From Phoronis australis (lineage: Eukaryota > Animalia > Phoronida): 64,000 nt of DNA. The DNA is taken from the NCBI GenBank assembly GCA_002633005.1, contig NMRA01000455.1, forward strand, positions 172,652 through 236,651. The letters run 5' to 3'. Shown here in pieces: positions 46,377-59,300 of the stretch; within the stretch, counting starts at the first letter, position 1; each line of letters opens with the position of its first letter. The notes beneath the pieces are model-generated. The model was given only the letters and a program-made list of their open reading frames with translations. It had not been told where the DNA came from and made no database searches. Made by a program: the position numbers and the translations under genes.

Positions 46377-48131
46377 CGATGCTTTGTTGATGTTTCGGGC
46401 GAAATCATGGACGATCTGAAAACGCGGGCCGGGATCATATCCATTACCTCAAGAATAAATGCAATCCGGATCCGAGAGTCTGAAGGGAGTCGGCGTGGGA
46501 GCGTCATTGCGCGACTACCGCCGGTATATTAGATTCTGATGGACGGTGTGCCGCTGAGACATGAAATGCCCGGGTCGGCTCCTAATTTTTCAGAGTAGCC
46601 GGGCTACATGTATATCGCGATACTCCTCATTTGTTCCAACCCACTGAAAAAGTTCTTGAACTACATTCAGTTTGGCGTACGTACTGACCGTAAGTAATCA
46701 AGCAACCAAAGGTATGGTGAATAAAAAATGAAAAAATTAACAAAGTTAACATACTATTATACACCAAGAAAGTTTGAGTTTTATCATGCGCGCACCCAGG
46801 ACTCCTCCGGGAGAGGGAGCGGGGGCTGGAAATAAAAGGTTCGCTTCGGAGAAACGAAAAGTCCGAAAAAATAGAAAACGAGACAAAGCCCGGGCCAGAA
46901 AACGAATGCACGGCACAATTCATACTGTAGTTCTGAGCGTACCCCTTGTATTTTGCTTTATTAGTAAACTTTAGTTGGTACACATTCTCAAAAAATTGAG
47001 CCCCCGTGAATTTAGGCTGGGTGCGTGCATGTTTATGTCAGTAAATCGACAAGAAAGTAGAAATCTATATAATCAGATAAAAGAGAATATCTACAAACAG
47101 AATAACTGTTTACGAACAATGAAGGCAACAGAGTGACGAAAGTCGTAATACAGTAGGCCAATAATAGTCAACAATTTACACGACCAGCGATTGCACTCCG
47201 TAGATGACAGAGGGCACCGGTACAGTAGGTAGCTCCGTTAAACCTCTAGAGATTTAATAAGCCTTTTCCATTGTTTGACACCATGCTGAAGCAAACATAA
47301 TTGAAACCATGAGAGAAAATGTTCGAGAAAGTTTGTTCACAAATCTCAGACATTAGTACACGAGTGATCCTACTAGATAAGCATTTTGGTCGAGAAAATA
47401 GCTGAGAGCAGCTCTCTTCTTTTATCCTCCAAATACATGTTTCAAAGCTCTTCACTGGAGTTTATCAACTTTCTTAAACTTTTGCACCCCACACAGGTGA
47501 CATTACCAGAGGACAGTAAGTAAAGTTTGACTATAGCCATGGCATACTTTTATTTTGCTGTCACTTCCAATAGGTGGCGTAGTCTATACAGAACATTGGC
47601 GTGTCTAGTAGAAGGGTTCTGACATACTGTATATAAAACATGACGGTTATGGAATTTTTGTTTATCATAAATAGCTACTTCGTGAAATTTGACCGGATTA
47701 TTACATTTTATTGTCATATTCGAATGAAGGTACAGGGAACGTGTTTTCCCCATGTCAGTTTGACCGAGTTATTACATTTTTAAAAGTAAAAAATACCACA
47801 ATTTTAACTGTCGTAGTTCAATGAAGGTATAGAGAATAGACTTTATTATTCGCGCGCAAGCGTCGCGTGTGTATTGGATTTTTCCTGCACTAACAAAATC
47901 GCGCCCGTATCGTTACAAAATGCAAACTCGTTCTTCGCGGAGGAATCTAGTTTGTTCTTTTTCAACAGAGGACGCTCTCGTTCAACCATGACGTCACGAT
48001 AAACTTTCAAGATGGTGGAAGTGGTGTTGTGTCGCGAAAAGCTTCTCTAAAAGTTTGAGTGAAACTTTTGCTGTTCTGTACGCATATGCACTGTCGTCAG
48101 TTTTACCTGTTCCACTTACCCTGTTGCAACA

Positions 48132-48368
48132 ATGACAGATGAAAAAGAGACAATTAGCCTCACGGATGACGAGGAAGACGACATGTCCGACTCCGAGCAG
48201 TGTCTTCCCGAACTTCAAGGAACGTTAAGCAAGTGGACAAATTATATACACGGTTGGCAAGACCGGTTTATTGTGTTAAAGGAGTTAACATTAAGCTATT
48301 ACAAATCAGAAAATGACACTTCGTTTGGATGCAGAGGTGCTATAAGCTTAAGCAAGGCTGTTATTACG
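48132..48368 (+). CDS. CERT1: Ceramide transfer protein (CERT1/COL4A3BP), first coding exon, N-terminal half of the PH domain; gene continues beyond the window
   Basis: [28 protein letters not shown]....[14 protein letters not shown] matches the CERT PH domain; ends ACG|GTGAGT. Confidence 0.95.
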
Positions 48369-51300
48369 GTGAGTACCAATTTAAATGAAGCATTCATGAA
48401 GCACAGGGAGAGTCTCTGCCGGAGTAGGAAGTGTGAGACGCCTGGAAGAGGGGGAGGTACTCGTTACTAGCAGTTTGTCTGCTTCCTAAGGTTTTTGTGT
48501 GTGCTGTCTGTGATAACAATTTGGACTTTAAATTTAATTTTGATGTGTTCTTGCTTAAAAGTGACGATGTAGGAGTATATAATGCAATGGTGTTGTAGAG
48601 GTGCTTGCGGACCTTGCAGTGAATCATATGAGCCGCTGTTAACCTCTCACTTAAAGGCAATTGCCATTAGCTGAATGGTTAACATGCTTGCTGGTCACTG
48701 GTTCTATTCCCAGTTTGGGTAGTCAGGTAGTCTAGAGTTGCGAATACTACAATGGCATTGGTTAGTTAGTCACTTACTGGAAGTTACACTATACAGAGGT
48801 CCCGCAGTTTGAGAACCAGATTTCTCTACTGAATAATGGGCATGAACCTAGTTCTCAAACTCCAATACCACTGCATAAATTGTGTAGGCCTAAGGATAAG
48901 ATATACATAGTCGTTCTTGACAGTATACATTTTTGTGAGATTTGTGTTCTGAGGACCAGTCATCCTCTGCAAAATGCATTATTTTTATTCCCTGGGTTGT
49001 AATTCTACGCTTTCTATTTTGTTATGTTGCCATTCTATGGCTAGGTTGTGCGAACGATCCCCAGTATCACGACAGCAGCGCCCTCTCTACTGCCTCCTGA
49101 GAGAGAAAACCAATTGTTATGGTTTCAGTTCCAGATGACAGCGTTTTTCATATTGAGACTAGTCCAGTTATCAATCTAGTGCTTTCTTAAGCATTTTCAT
49201 GCTTTTTAGGCCGGTATCACGACCAATTGTCTACCATGGTTCAAAGAGCTCATACTAAAAGTATGGGAGAGATTGCAAATACGAACATTTCCTTCTTACC
49301 AAATTTTTTGTTCTTGGATAGCACGTTTTCCGTTATGCAGAACTTGCTCTAGACATGACACTTGTAGTTGTTGACTATCTTTCTTCCTTTCCGTTTGTAT
49401 CTATATAACAAAGTTCGAAATTCAACAGAACATTGGCAAAGTCGCTGACCAACAAGAGACATGTTCATATGATGCATGGTAGTTCGAAACATGCTTGTTT
49501 CATTCTCAAGCGGAAATAAAATGACAGGGTAATACCACCACAGAGCAAAAGCTCAACATGCGCAGTGGGACACGGGAGGTGAGAAATACAGCCTCGACCC
49601 CAAGCTTCAAGATGGCGCTGATCGGTGTAGCCATTTTACGCTTGGTTGGGAATTGCCTTCCGGGCAATGATTGGCCGCTGCCTTGGCGTAGTTAAAACAA
49701 AGGTAGTTTTTAATTATTTTCATAGGTGTTGTTTCTGCCATTCATGAAATAGAAGGCATTGTTTCTGTTATTGTCTGAAATAAAGATTGTTGGGGTACTT
49801 ATTTACAATTATTTTATTAATAGTATCATAGAAATTAATCTGTTTTCAAATCAAAATACATCCCTTTTTCAACAGTTTTTACCGAAATTGCTGCAATATA
49901 CCATTAGTTTTCATTTTTATGTAAAACTGCTGAAAATTTCAAAAATATATTAATACTCGTGATATTCCGGCGATTTCCGTATAAATATCTCAGCATTCTG
50001 ACACATTTCATTTCCGATAACCAATCTCAAATGGCTAATCCGATCAGAATGACAAATGGAGGACGTAACAAGAAAGTCAAGCAAACAAGTGTAATGTATG
50101 GCGCGACATTGCCATGTATATGTGTTTATACAAGTGAAAACTCTAAACCAGGCCATTTAATTGTACAATACAGTACAAGACAGAAGTAATCAGTCAAAAT
50201 ACCATTTCCTTGTCATGACAGCGGGTTCTGTTTATAGAAAAATTGATAAGTAATAACTATTTTGCTGGCAAAATTTTAATTACAGAATGTTTTAACCAAC
50301 TCACTAACTTTCCTGTTAATTTCCGGTCATACTCAGTCATGAGGGAGGGCTACTCTGATGCCCAGCTGTCGTGACAGGGAATTGTGGGTCGTTTTTTCTG
50401 AATACTTTTGGCTTGTACTGTAGACGTCTCAAAAATCTGCACATTGAGTTTTACCCTTAAACTCGCATCTGCAAGTAAAAAAGTTTCACAATGAATCTAT
50501 TTTATAAAAGTGGCCACCCCTTCATGAAATAACCCTTTGGCATGGTCAATCGTTACTTGTTTCTTCAGTTCGGTAAAAGTTTCCTCAAATCCGAACAAAA
50601 GTATCATTTTTCAAATGTACACTCTTTTGTCAAAAATTGTCAAAAAAATCACTGTGCATTTGTTGGTGACAGCTGTATACTGTAACAATTTTTCAAGTAA
50701 TCCAGTGATATTGTCGTCATTTTGCTCCTGTTGAAAATTTTGACAAAACAAAAATTTCATTGTTGTACCATGATTGTGTTCTAGAAGAAACCTTACAGTA
50801 ATTGTTGTCAAGGCAGGGAGATCTTTAGACTGGTTTTGTTATCCGTCGATGTTGTTAATCTCACATTTAGGCTGCTTCCTAAGTAACAGGAAATCTGCTT
50901 CGTAATCTTTCAAATGTCTGACAGATGAAATAATTGTGTTAAACCATGTTAGTCAGGAACAAGAATTGGGAGTCAAATCAGAATCAGATCTATACATGTG
51001 AGTCATTCTGTTCGTGTGTTTGAATCATATCACAACTTTGGTATCTGCTGGGGGTCATTCCTGAGGCAAGTGAAGTTCTGTCTCGTTAGAAAACAAGGAA
51101 GTTGAAGTCCTCCAATGTTTGATTCATTTTTTTATCTACTTTCATAACAACAACACTTAAATATTTCAGCAGTTAGTTAATATTGGTACATTAGGGTGGG
51201 GGGGAGGGTGCATCAAGGCATCACATACCGGTAGACTTAATTTGACGAGTGACCAAAAACTGGAACCGCTATTGTTGCCATTGCTGGTCTTTATAGTCGC

Positions 51301-52049
51301 ATAGTTCAAACTGTTTATTTGAACTTGTTTGAATTCAAGACTGTTCAGGCACAATACATACATTCAGTCTGCGAAGCGAAAAATTATAGAGATAAATGTA
51401 CCAATCTTTTGGGGTTAATTAGCTACACGATGCATGATACTTTGAAAGATACCTATTCCATTGCCCTAAATACTGTGACCTGTGCCTCTGCTGTATTTAT
51501 CAAGGGACACTTTAAACCAGTGAATTATAGGTATTATCTTTGCTGATACATAGATGATGACCAATTGAAGCCACTGGTGCTTCTGTGAGTGATATTTTCT
51601 GCTGACAGTAATGAGTGCGATACATAGATTGAAAAATTGATTTATTAATGCATCTTCTTATTTGTAGAAAACAAAAAGATCGTGTTATTATTTTTTTGCC
51701 TGTTGGGGTAGTAAAAGAAATATCCTGAGTTGCTATTGTGATCAACTCTAACCAGTCCTTCCCATTATCCACCCCGAAATCTGAACCGAAGCGATTATGG
51801 TGCTGTATTGGTCTTCAACCTGAATCGCGAATGAAAGTTTGGGGATGGGGGTTGTGGGGGAGTGCTGTGGTCAGTGTTTTTTGTTAACAAAAAATTAAGT
51901 CTCAGTGAAATCGTAAATTATCTGTAATGAGGCACTAATTGCGATGAAAACTGTTTTGGAAAAATACGACTGATGATTTGAAATTCGAGCTCGCTATTCA
52001 TGTTTCAGATGTGAGTCTGCAAATTTGAACCTAATCATAATTTGAGCAC

Positions 52050-55000
52050 TTGGACTGGGACTTTCATTGCGTGATGAGTCATGAAGCCTACCAGGCATTT
52101 TATGCAGTGGCATATCATGTTTTTGTGGTCCATTCATTGATCCCATTGATGTGAGTATTTCAAACAAAAACATTGGAACTGTCAGCGTGATCAGGGGGAT
52201 GGTAAGCGTCTTCTTCGTGAAAAACATTGTTTTTATCTAACTGGCTTTCTACAGCATTCTTCAGTAGGATCTACTATTGTACATCTATGAAACTAAAGCC
52301 GCATTTACACCAGAGACAGCTGACACGGTGCAGTTAACACGCAACAGCTGAACGGGTAAAAGTGTTTGTGTAAACACGATTGATATGGAGCTAGTGACAC
52401 TGTGGTGGCCAATTTTTGACACTGGTTTGATAAGTAGAGCGAGTTGTGCTTGATCAGTTGGTCCTGCAGTTTCAACAACAGGTCTAAACACAACTGTGTC
52501 TGGGCAGAAAGGGATCTATCAATGCCCTTGTGCAATAGCATACATTTGGGTGATGGGCTGGCATTCACATGGTTTGGACGTTTGCTATTGTTTATGTGAG
52601 CATGCCAGACAGTCTTCATGCAAGTTACTCATGCTGATCCAGTTTGTGATCTTATGTCCTGTAAACACCACTTAAGTGGAGCAAGTGATCTTATGTCCTG
52701 TAAACACCACTTAAGTGGAGCAAGTGGCACCCACCAAAGGCAGAAGGCACCCGTGACAACTGACACTGTCACTGACACGGTGACAACTGTCTCTGGTGTA
52801 AAAGCTGAGCTAAATCCATGGTGAGAAGGACTGGTGGAAGGAGCAGTGCAGGGACATCTAGTGTTTGGTTTTAAGATAAGACAGCTGTGTCCTGCAGTTA
52901 GTGTGGTTGCTACTTTGAATTACTGCTACATCACATCCTTGGATAAATATTTGTCCTGGAAAGGTGTTGTTTGTTTAGATAGTCTCTTGACACATGGGCT
53001 TGAGCAGAGGTCAGGGGTCAAGATAAACTCTGAAATTAAATAGGGTACATGTAAAATGTAACTTATCTGGAACAGGCTAGCGATACCTGAACTTTTTATC
53101 ACCCTATCCTTTTCGTAAAAGACAGCACTAAATCAATGCTTTACTAGTCTTAAGTGTTAGTGCATGTGTAGGCATCTGACAAGGTTTTGTTTAGGTATGG
53201 CCATGTACAATGAAGTTATGGTTCTTAGGAAAATGAAAAGCGATCGATTTTGGTAATTGTTTTTGTCTAAAATTCGCGAGAGCTTATCTTTGCACCCCAC
53301 ATTGATGGAATGGATCGTTTATGCATGACATACATTGGTATTTTGTAAAGCGCTCTTAAATGCGAGATTCCTTCATATCTCCCACTACACCGTAGTGGAC
53401 CACTCTTCCATGAAAATCGTACTGTAGTTAATTAATTTGTGACGATTGTTTTGAGATTTTGACTTTGCTGTGTTTTTGAAGTTAACCCACTCCAAAGTAT
53501 TCACCAAGGCATTGACAGTGGTCTTATTCAATGCCCGGTTTTGCACTTTTTATTGGTTTAGATGTGATGAAACCATTGATTTTTGAATGACCCGTGACAA
53601 TCATGTTAAATGGTCATTCCGAGATGTTTTTTGTCATTTCCCTTTCTTAAAATATTCTGCTCAGTTATTTATTTTGAGAAAGAAATAACCTTTTGCCTTT
53701 CAACTGTAGTTTTGCATATGCAAATTTTTCTCGTAACATTGAAGTTGCTGGATCCAGGTTTGGTGAATAAAATTTGTTCTTGTTACTCTTTGAAATGAAT
53801 CATGATCTTTAATCAGGTGCAAAAAAACGCAGAAGCCACATATCCTATTCTGTAACAGTAAACAGGGAACTTGATTCAGTCAGTGTTCCCAGCCAAAGGT
53901 TGTGGTTGTAAGATTCCTATCTTCGTTTGAAAGTTTAGTTTCTTGTTTATCAATCAAACTTTGTGAAAACTCGTTTTTAATCTTTTCCAGTTTCAATTTC
54001 AAACATTTCAAAACCAATTGAAAATGAAAAAACAGTAACTTTGGGACAGTGCCAGAATTTGGGAATCAAAAATTCCCCCAGAAATGAAATTTCTTTGTAT
54101 TGGAAATTTGGAATGTGGGACGAGATTGAATTTGGCGCTCTTCATATTTCTTGAATTTGGGACTATGTGTTTTTAGTGGATAAGTTTTGATTCTTGAATT
54201 TGGGTGGCTAATATTNTTGGACTGGGACTTTCATTGCGTGATGAGTCATGAAGCCTACCAGGCATTTTATGCAGTGGCATATCACGTTTTTGTGGTCCGT
54301 TCATTGATCCGAGTGATGAGAGTATTTCAAACAAAAACGTTGGAACTGTCAGCGTGATTAGGGGGATGGTAAGCATCTTCTTCTTGAAAAACATTGTTTT
54401 TTATCAAACTGGCTTTCTACAGCATTCTTCAGTAGGATCTACTATTGTATATCTATGAAACTGAAGCGGCATTTACACGAGAGACAGCTGACACGGTGCA
54501 GTTAACACGCAACAGCTGAACGGGTAAAAGTGTGTGTGTAAACACGATTGATATGGAGCTGGTGACACTGCGGTGGCCAATTTTTGACACTGGTTTGATA
54601 GGTAGAGCGAGTTGTGTTTGATCAGTCGTTCATGCAATTTCAACTACAGGTCTAAACACAACTGTGTCTGGGTGGAAAGGGATCTTCTGTCAATGGGCTT
54701 GTGCAGTAGCTTACATTTGGGTGATGGGCTGGCATTCACATGGTTTGGACATTTGCTATTTGTTTATGTGAACATGCCAGACAGTCTTCATGCAAGTTAC
54801 TCATGCTGATCCAGTTTGTGATCTTATGTCCTGTAAACACCACTTAAGTGGAGCAAGTGGCACCCACCCAAGGCAGAAGGCACCCGTGACAACTGACACT
54901 GTCGCTGACACGGTGACAACTGTCTGTGGTGTAAAAGCTGAGCTAAATCCATGGTGAGAAGGCCTGGTGGGAGGAGCAGTGCAGGGACATCTAGTGTTTG

Positions 55001-56332
55001 GTTTTAAGATAAGACAGCTGTGTCCTGCAGTTAGTGTGGTTGCTACTTTGAATTACTGCTACATCACATCCTTGGATAAATATTTGTCCTGGAAAGGTGT
55101 TGCTTGTTTAGATAGTCTCTTGATACATGGGCTTGAGCAGAGGTCAGGGGTCAAGATAAACTCTGAAACTAAATGTAACTTATCTGGAACATGCTAGCTA
55201 TACCTGAACTTTTTATCACCCTATCCTTTTCGTAAAAGACAGCACTAAATCAATGCTTTGCTAGTCTTAAGTGTTAGTGCATGTGTAGGCATCTGACAAT
55301 GTTTTGTTTAGGTATGGCCATGTACAATGAAGTTATGATTCTTAGGAAAATGAAAAGCGATCGATTTTGGTAATTGTTTTTGTCTAAAATTCGCGAGAGC
55401 TTATCTTTGCACCCCACATTGATGGAATGGATCGTTTATGCATGACATACATTGGTATTTTGTAAAGCGCTCTTAAATGCGAGATTCCTTCATATCTCCC
55501 ACTACACCGTAGTGGACCACTCTTCCATGAAAATCGTACTGTAGTTAATTAATTTGTGACGATTGTTTTGAGATTTTGACTTTGCTGTGTTTTTGAAGTT
55601 AACCCACTCCAAAGTATTCACCAAGGCATTGACAGTGGTCTTATTCAATGCCCGGTTTTGCACTTTTTATTGGTTTAGATGTGATGAAACCATTGATTTT
55701 TGAATGACCCGTGACAATCATGTTAAATGGTCATTCCGAGATGTTTTTTGTCATTTCCCTTTCTTAAAATATTCTGCTCAGTTATTTATTTTGAGAAAGA
55801 AATAACCTTTTGCCTTTCAACTGTAGTTTTGCATATGCAAATTTTTCTCGTAACATTGAAGTTGCTGGATCCAGGTTTGGTGAATAAAATTTGTTCTTGT
55901 TACTCTTTGAAATGAATCATGATCTTTAATCAGGTGCAAAAAAACGCAGAAGCCACATATCCTATTCTGTAACAGTAAACAGGGAACTTGATTCAGTCAG
56001 TGTTCCCAGCCAAAGGTTGTGGTTGTAAGATTCCTATCTTCGTTTGAAAGTTTAGTTTCTTGTTTATCAATCAAACTTTGTGAAAACTCGTTTTTAATCT
56101 TTTCCAGTTTCAATTTCAAACATTTCAAAACCAATTGAAAATGAAAAAACAGTAACTTTGGGACAGTGCCAGAATTTGGGAATCAAAAATTCCCCCAGAA
56201 ATGAAATTTCTTTGTATTGGAAATTTGGAATGTGGGACGAGATTGAATTTGGCGCTCTTCATATTTCTTGAATTTGGGACTATGTGTTTTTAGTGGATAA
56301 GTTTTGATTCTTGAATTTGGGTGGCTAATATT
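52050..56332 (+). repeat. ~2.1-kb direct tandem duplication (52050-54215 / 54217-56332) joined by a single N; probable assembly artefact
   Basis: Copies collinear; 3' halves appear identical, 5' halves differ by SNPs/indels; junction is the N at 54216. Confidence 0.9.
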
Positions 56333-59300
56333 GCCTATTTCTAGAATTAGGGACTTGATCCGTCCTTGAGCAAAATAATTAATTTTCTCTGTCCCAAATT
56401 GGAGAATTTTTTCCGTACTTGTCTTGAGATACATTTTCCATGTTACTGTTCTCCGTTGGTATATTTTCTATGAATGGACAATGGAAAGTGACACAAGTGC
56501 AAAAGACTGGCATCTTTGTTCTGCATTCACTTCCATTGAGCAATGTGTTACTCACTATTGAACACAGTCCTCGTCAGTCATTCCTGTTTGCTCCATGGAA
56601 GTGAATGCAGAATCAAGATGCACCTGCCTTTTTCATTTATCTCACCGTCTATTGTTCAATGGATAGTGAATGTAAGTCCATGGAACAATGTTTTACACCG
56701 ATAAAACCAAAATAATGCAGTCTATACATGGACTAATGACCAGTTGTTTAGGATAATTAGCTTTATAATTAGAGCCTATTTAAAACATCCTTAAATTTAC
56801 GTTTTAATGTTCAACAGCCTCAGGGATCTACATATCTGTTGAAGCTACCATAAACCATATCAGTTACTTTCCTCTTCGATACTTGCATTGGTATGTTTTT
56901 ACCACTTCCCATTTTACACTGTTCAGTGTTGCTGTTCATTGTCACGACATTGTTCATGTTTAGGGCCTTGTCCATGGATCTATTTTCCCAGTCTCCCCAC
57001 CATCAAGGGTGAGTCATGCTTGCTGCTGCTGCTGTGATATTTTTATTGATCTATGTGGCCTGTGATGGTGGCTGACTCATCTGCTCTAGTTGTGTCTGCA
57101 GTTAATTGTTTACAAAATATTGTAATCAGGCTGCTTGGGTAAACTATGGAATTGGCTGTGTCTGGTTGTGTTCTTGAACTTGGTGATGAATTATCAGCAC
57201 CTGATGAATGTTGAGGTTATGAAGGACATTGTATGCATTTGTCAGGTGCCCCTATTTTGAGAACCAGTTTGATGCCCATTATTCAGTGGAGAAAACTGGT
57301 TCTCAAAATTCCGGCACCTTGTATCCAACCATTACCAGTCTGTATTTAGCCAAATGTATATACAAAACTATAGGTTTGAACTCAGTGAATGTAAATATTT
57401 TCTGAAAATAGAATGCCCGCTGAATGTGGTTCTTACTTTATACTAATCTGACATTAATCGGTCATTTGACGGTCTTTTTAGTAAAATTTTACGAATAAGA
57501 GAATGACCAAATTTCATTTGATACAAATGTTCTAGATGAAATCTAAGATACAGTTTTCTAAATTATCATTTTGTTTTCATTTCATGCAACTTATGTTTTT
57601 TTCCATCAACATAATTGAATTGGTGAAATTCTATTTTTGAAAGCTTCTCGTGCGAAAAAGGAACCTTTAAAACAATTCCTAGCATCGCTTTGGCAAACAG
57701 TGCATAAAGTATAGTTTCAGAAGGTTCCACATGAATGTGATCGACTGCGTCTGAGTTGCTTTTTGTGGTTCTAAAGTCCAAATGATTCAGTGATTGTGAA
57801 CATTTTCTGGGAAGTGTGCATGAGAGTTTAAATGGTATAAATTTACTTGAAGTCTAAACTCACTTCAGACAAAAGAAATGACATGTGGATGGTCGTTCTT
57901 TTGGATTTTTCTTTCATTAGAGCTGAGATACCTTTAAGGTACCTGCTCTCCAAGTGGGGGTCACTGTACTGATTTTGTTCAGTTGCAGTTTTAGTTTTTG
58001 AAACTGGACTGAAGATTTTTTTGATGGCACAAGGAACATCGTGTTGGTTTCCGTTGATCAAGCAATGAGAAGCAAGATTTAAACCCGAGTCGGTCAATAG
58101 TGTCTGTTTTAGGTGTACTGTACATGTGGCATTTTGTTGGACTGCACGTGTGCAAAATTTGCGTTTTTGAATGCGGGTATGGTTATTCTTGGCTTATTTT
58201 ACACAGAAATAATTCCCAAAATTGTCTTTTTCAAAGGCTGATTGCTTTACTGGAAATATGGGAAATTTACCAAAAGTAGTTTCATGGCATTTATGCAGTA
58301 CAAACCATGCTAGCAACAGACTGAAATTTTCTTAATCTTAGCTTTTTTATAGAAATTGGAAAAAAATAAAATTTGAGTTGTAGACCATATTGTGTTCGTT
58401 GCCGAAGTTGAAACAGTGGCAGCAGACGACTGGGAAATGGTCATGTAGTGTTTCTGTAGTAAACATTCAAGTAAAGGTCCAGGCAGTACGCTTGAATTGG
58501 CGAGCCTGAAAATAGGTTTCGTATTTAGCCCAAGTTATCGTAGCACAGCATTCAGGGAATTAGAAACTCATTAGACATTAAGTTTTGTCGTTAACGAGTT
58601 ATCAAGTGCAATAGGAATACTCTTCTTAATTACTGGTGAGTCACAAAACATATCCATCGCTGATCAGTGGCATATATCGCATTTGCACAGTTGGGCGATT
58701 TTCTTATTGAGGTTCTTTAAGCAGTTTACATCAGATACTTCCTGGATTTCAGACTTCTCTTCCAGCGTCCACCATCTGCATGATTCACAAGTGTTTGTGG
58801 TGGCAAAGTTCCCAACTAAGCAACTTAAAGTGACAATAAACCTGTAGTGTATTGGATAAACTAATTTTGATTTAGATCACTTACTGATAAAAAACAAGTA
58901 ATAAGTGATGTTGTCAGTTGGCTGCAGGTCGCTTTCACTGTTAGTCTTTCCTTCCTGTCACCTGGTTGTCAGAGCGATGGTTTTAAAGTTCAATTTTTTT
59001 TTGCTCCTCAATGTACGGAGTCATGAGCTGTGTGTAGTACTTTGGCCACCACCAGCTATTACGCACCCAAAATTGCTTAACAGCACCTTGCTCTTAATTT
59101 GCACCTGGTGACGATGGAGGTCTTTTCACTTTCTGTTAATTCTGCACAACACAGGCACTTGAAAAAGGTCTGGCTTGTAAAATATTGTGTAAAATTCATC
59201 AGTGATTATGGTTTGCAAAATGTATTGATTGCCTGATATGAGAGTCTGAATCTACTCACTGGGTGACATTCCACAGCCATCCAGTTTGCACCAGGGTAGC

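Noticed and set aside
57721-57774. Apparent CERT1 exon 2 (KVPHECDRLRL, cf. human PHDFDECRF)
   Set aside because: Stop after 17 codons, no SVND..WYLRA continuation, and it lies within a copy of the 18638/22157/28848 repeat family
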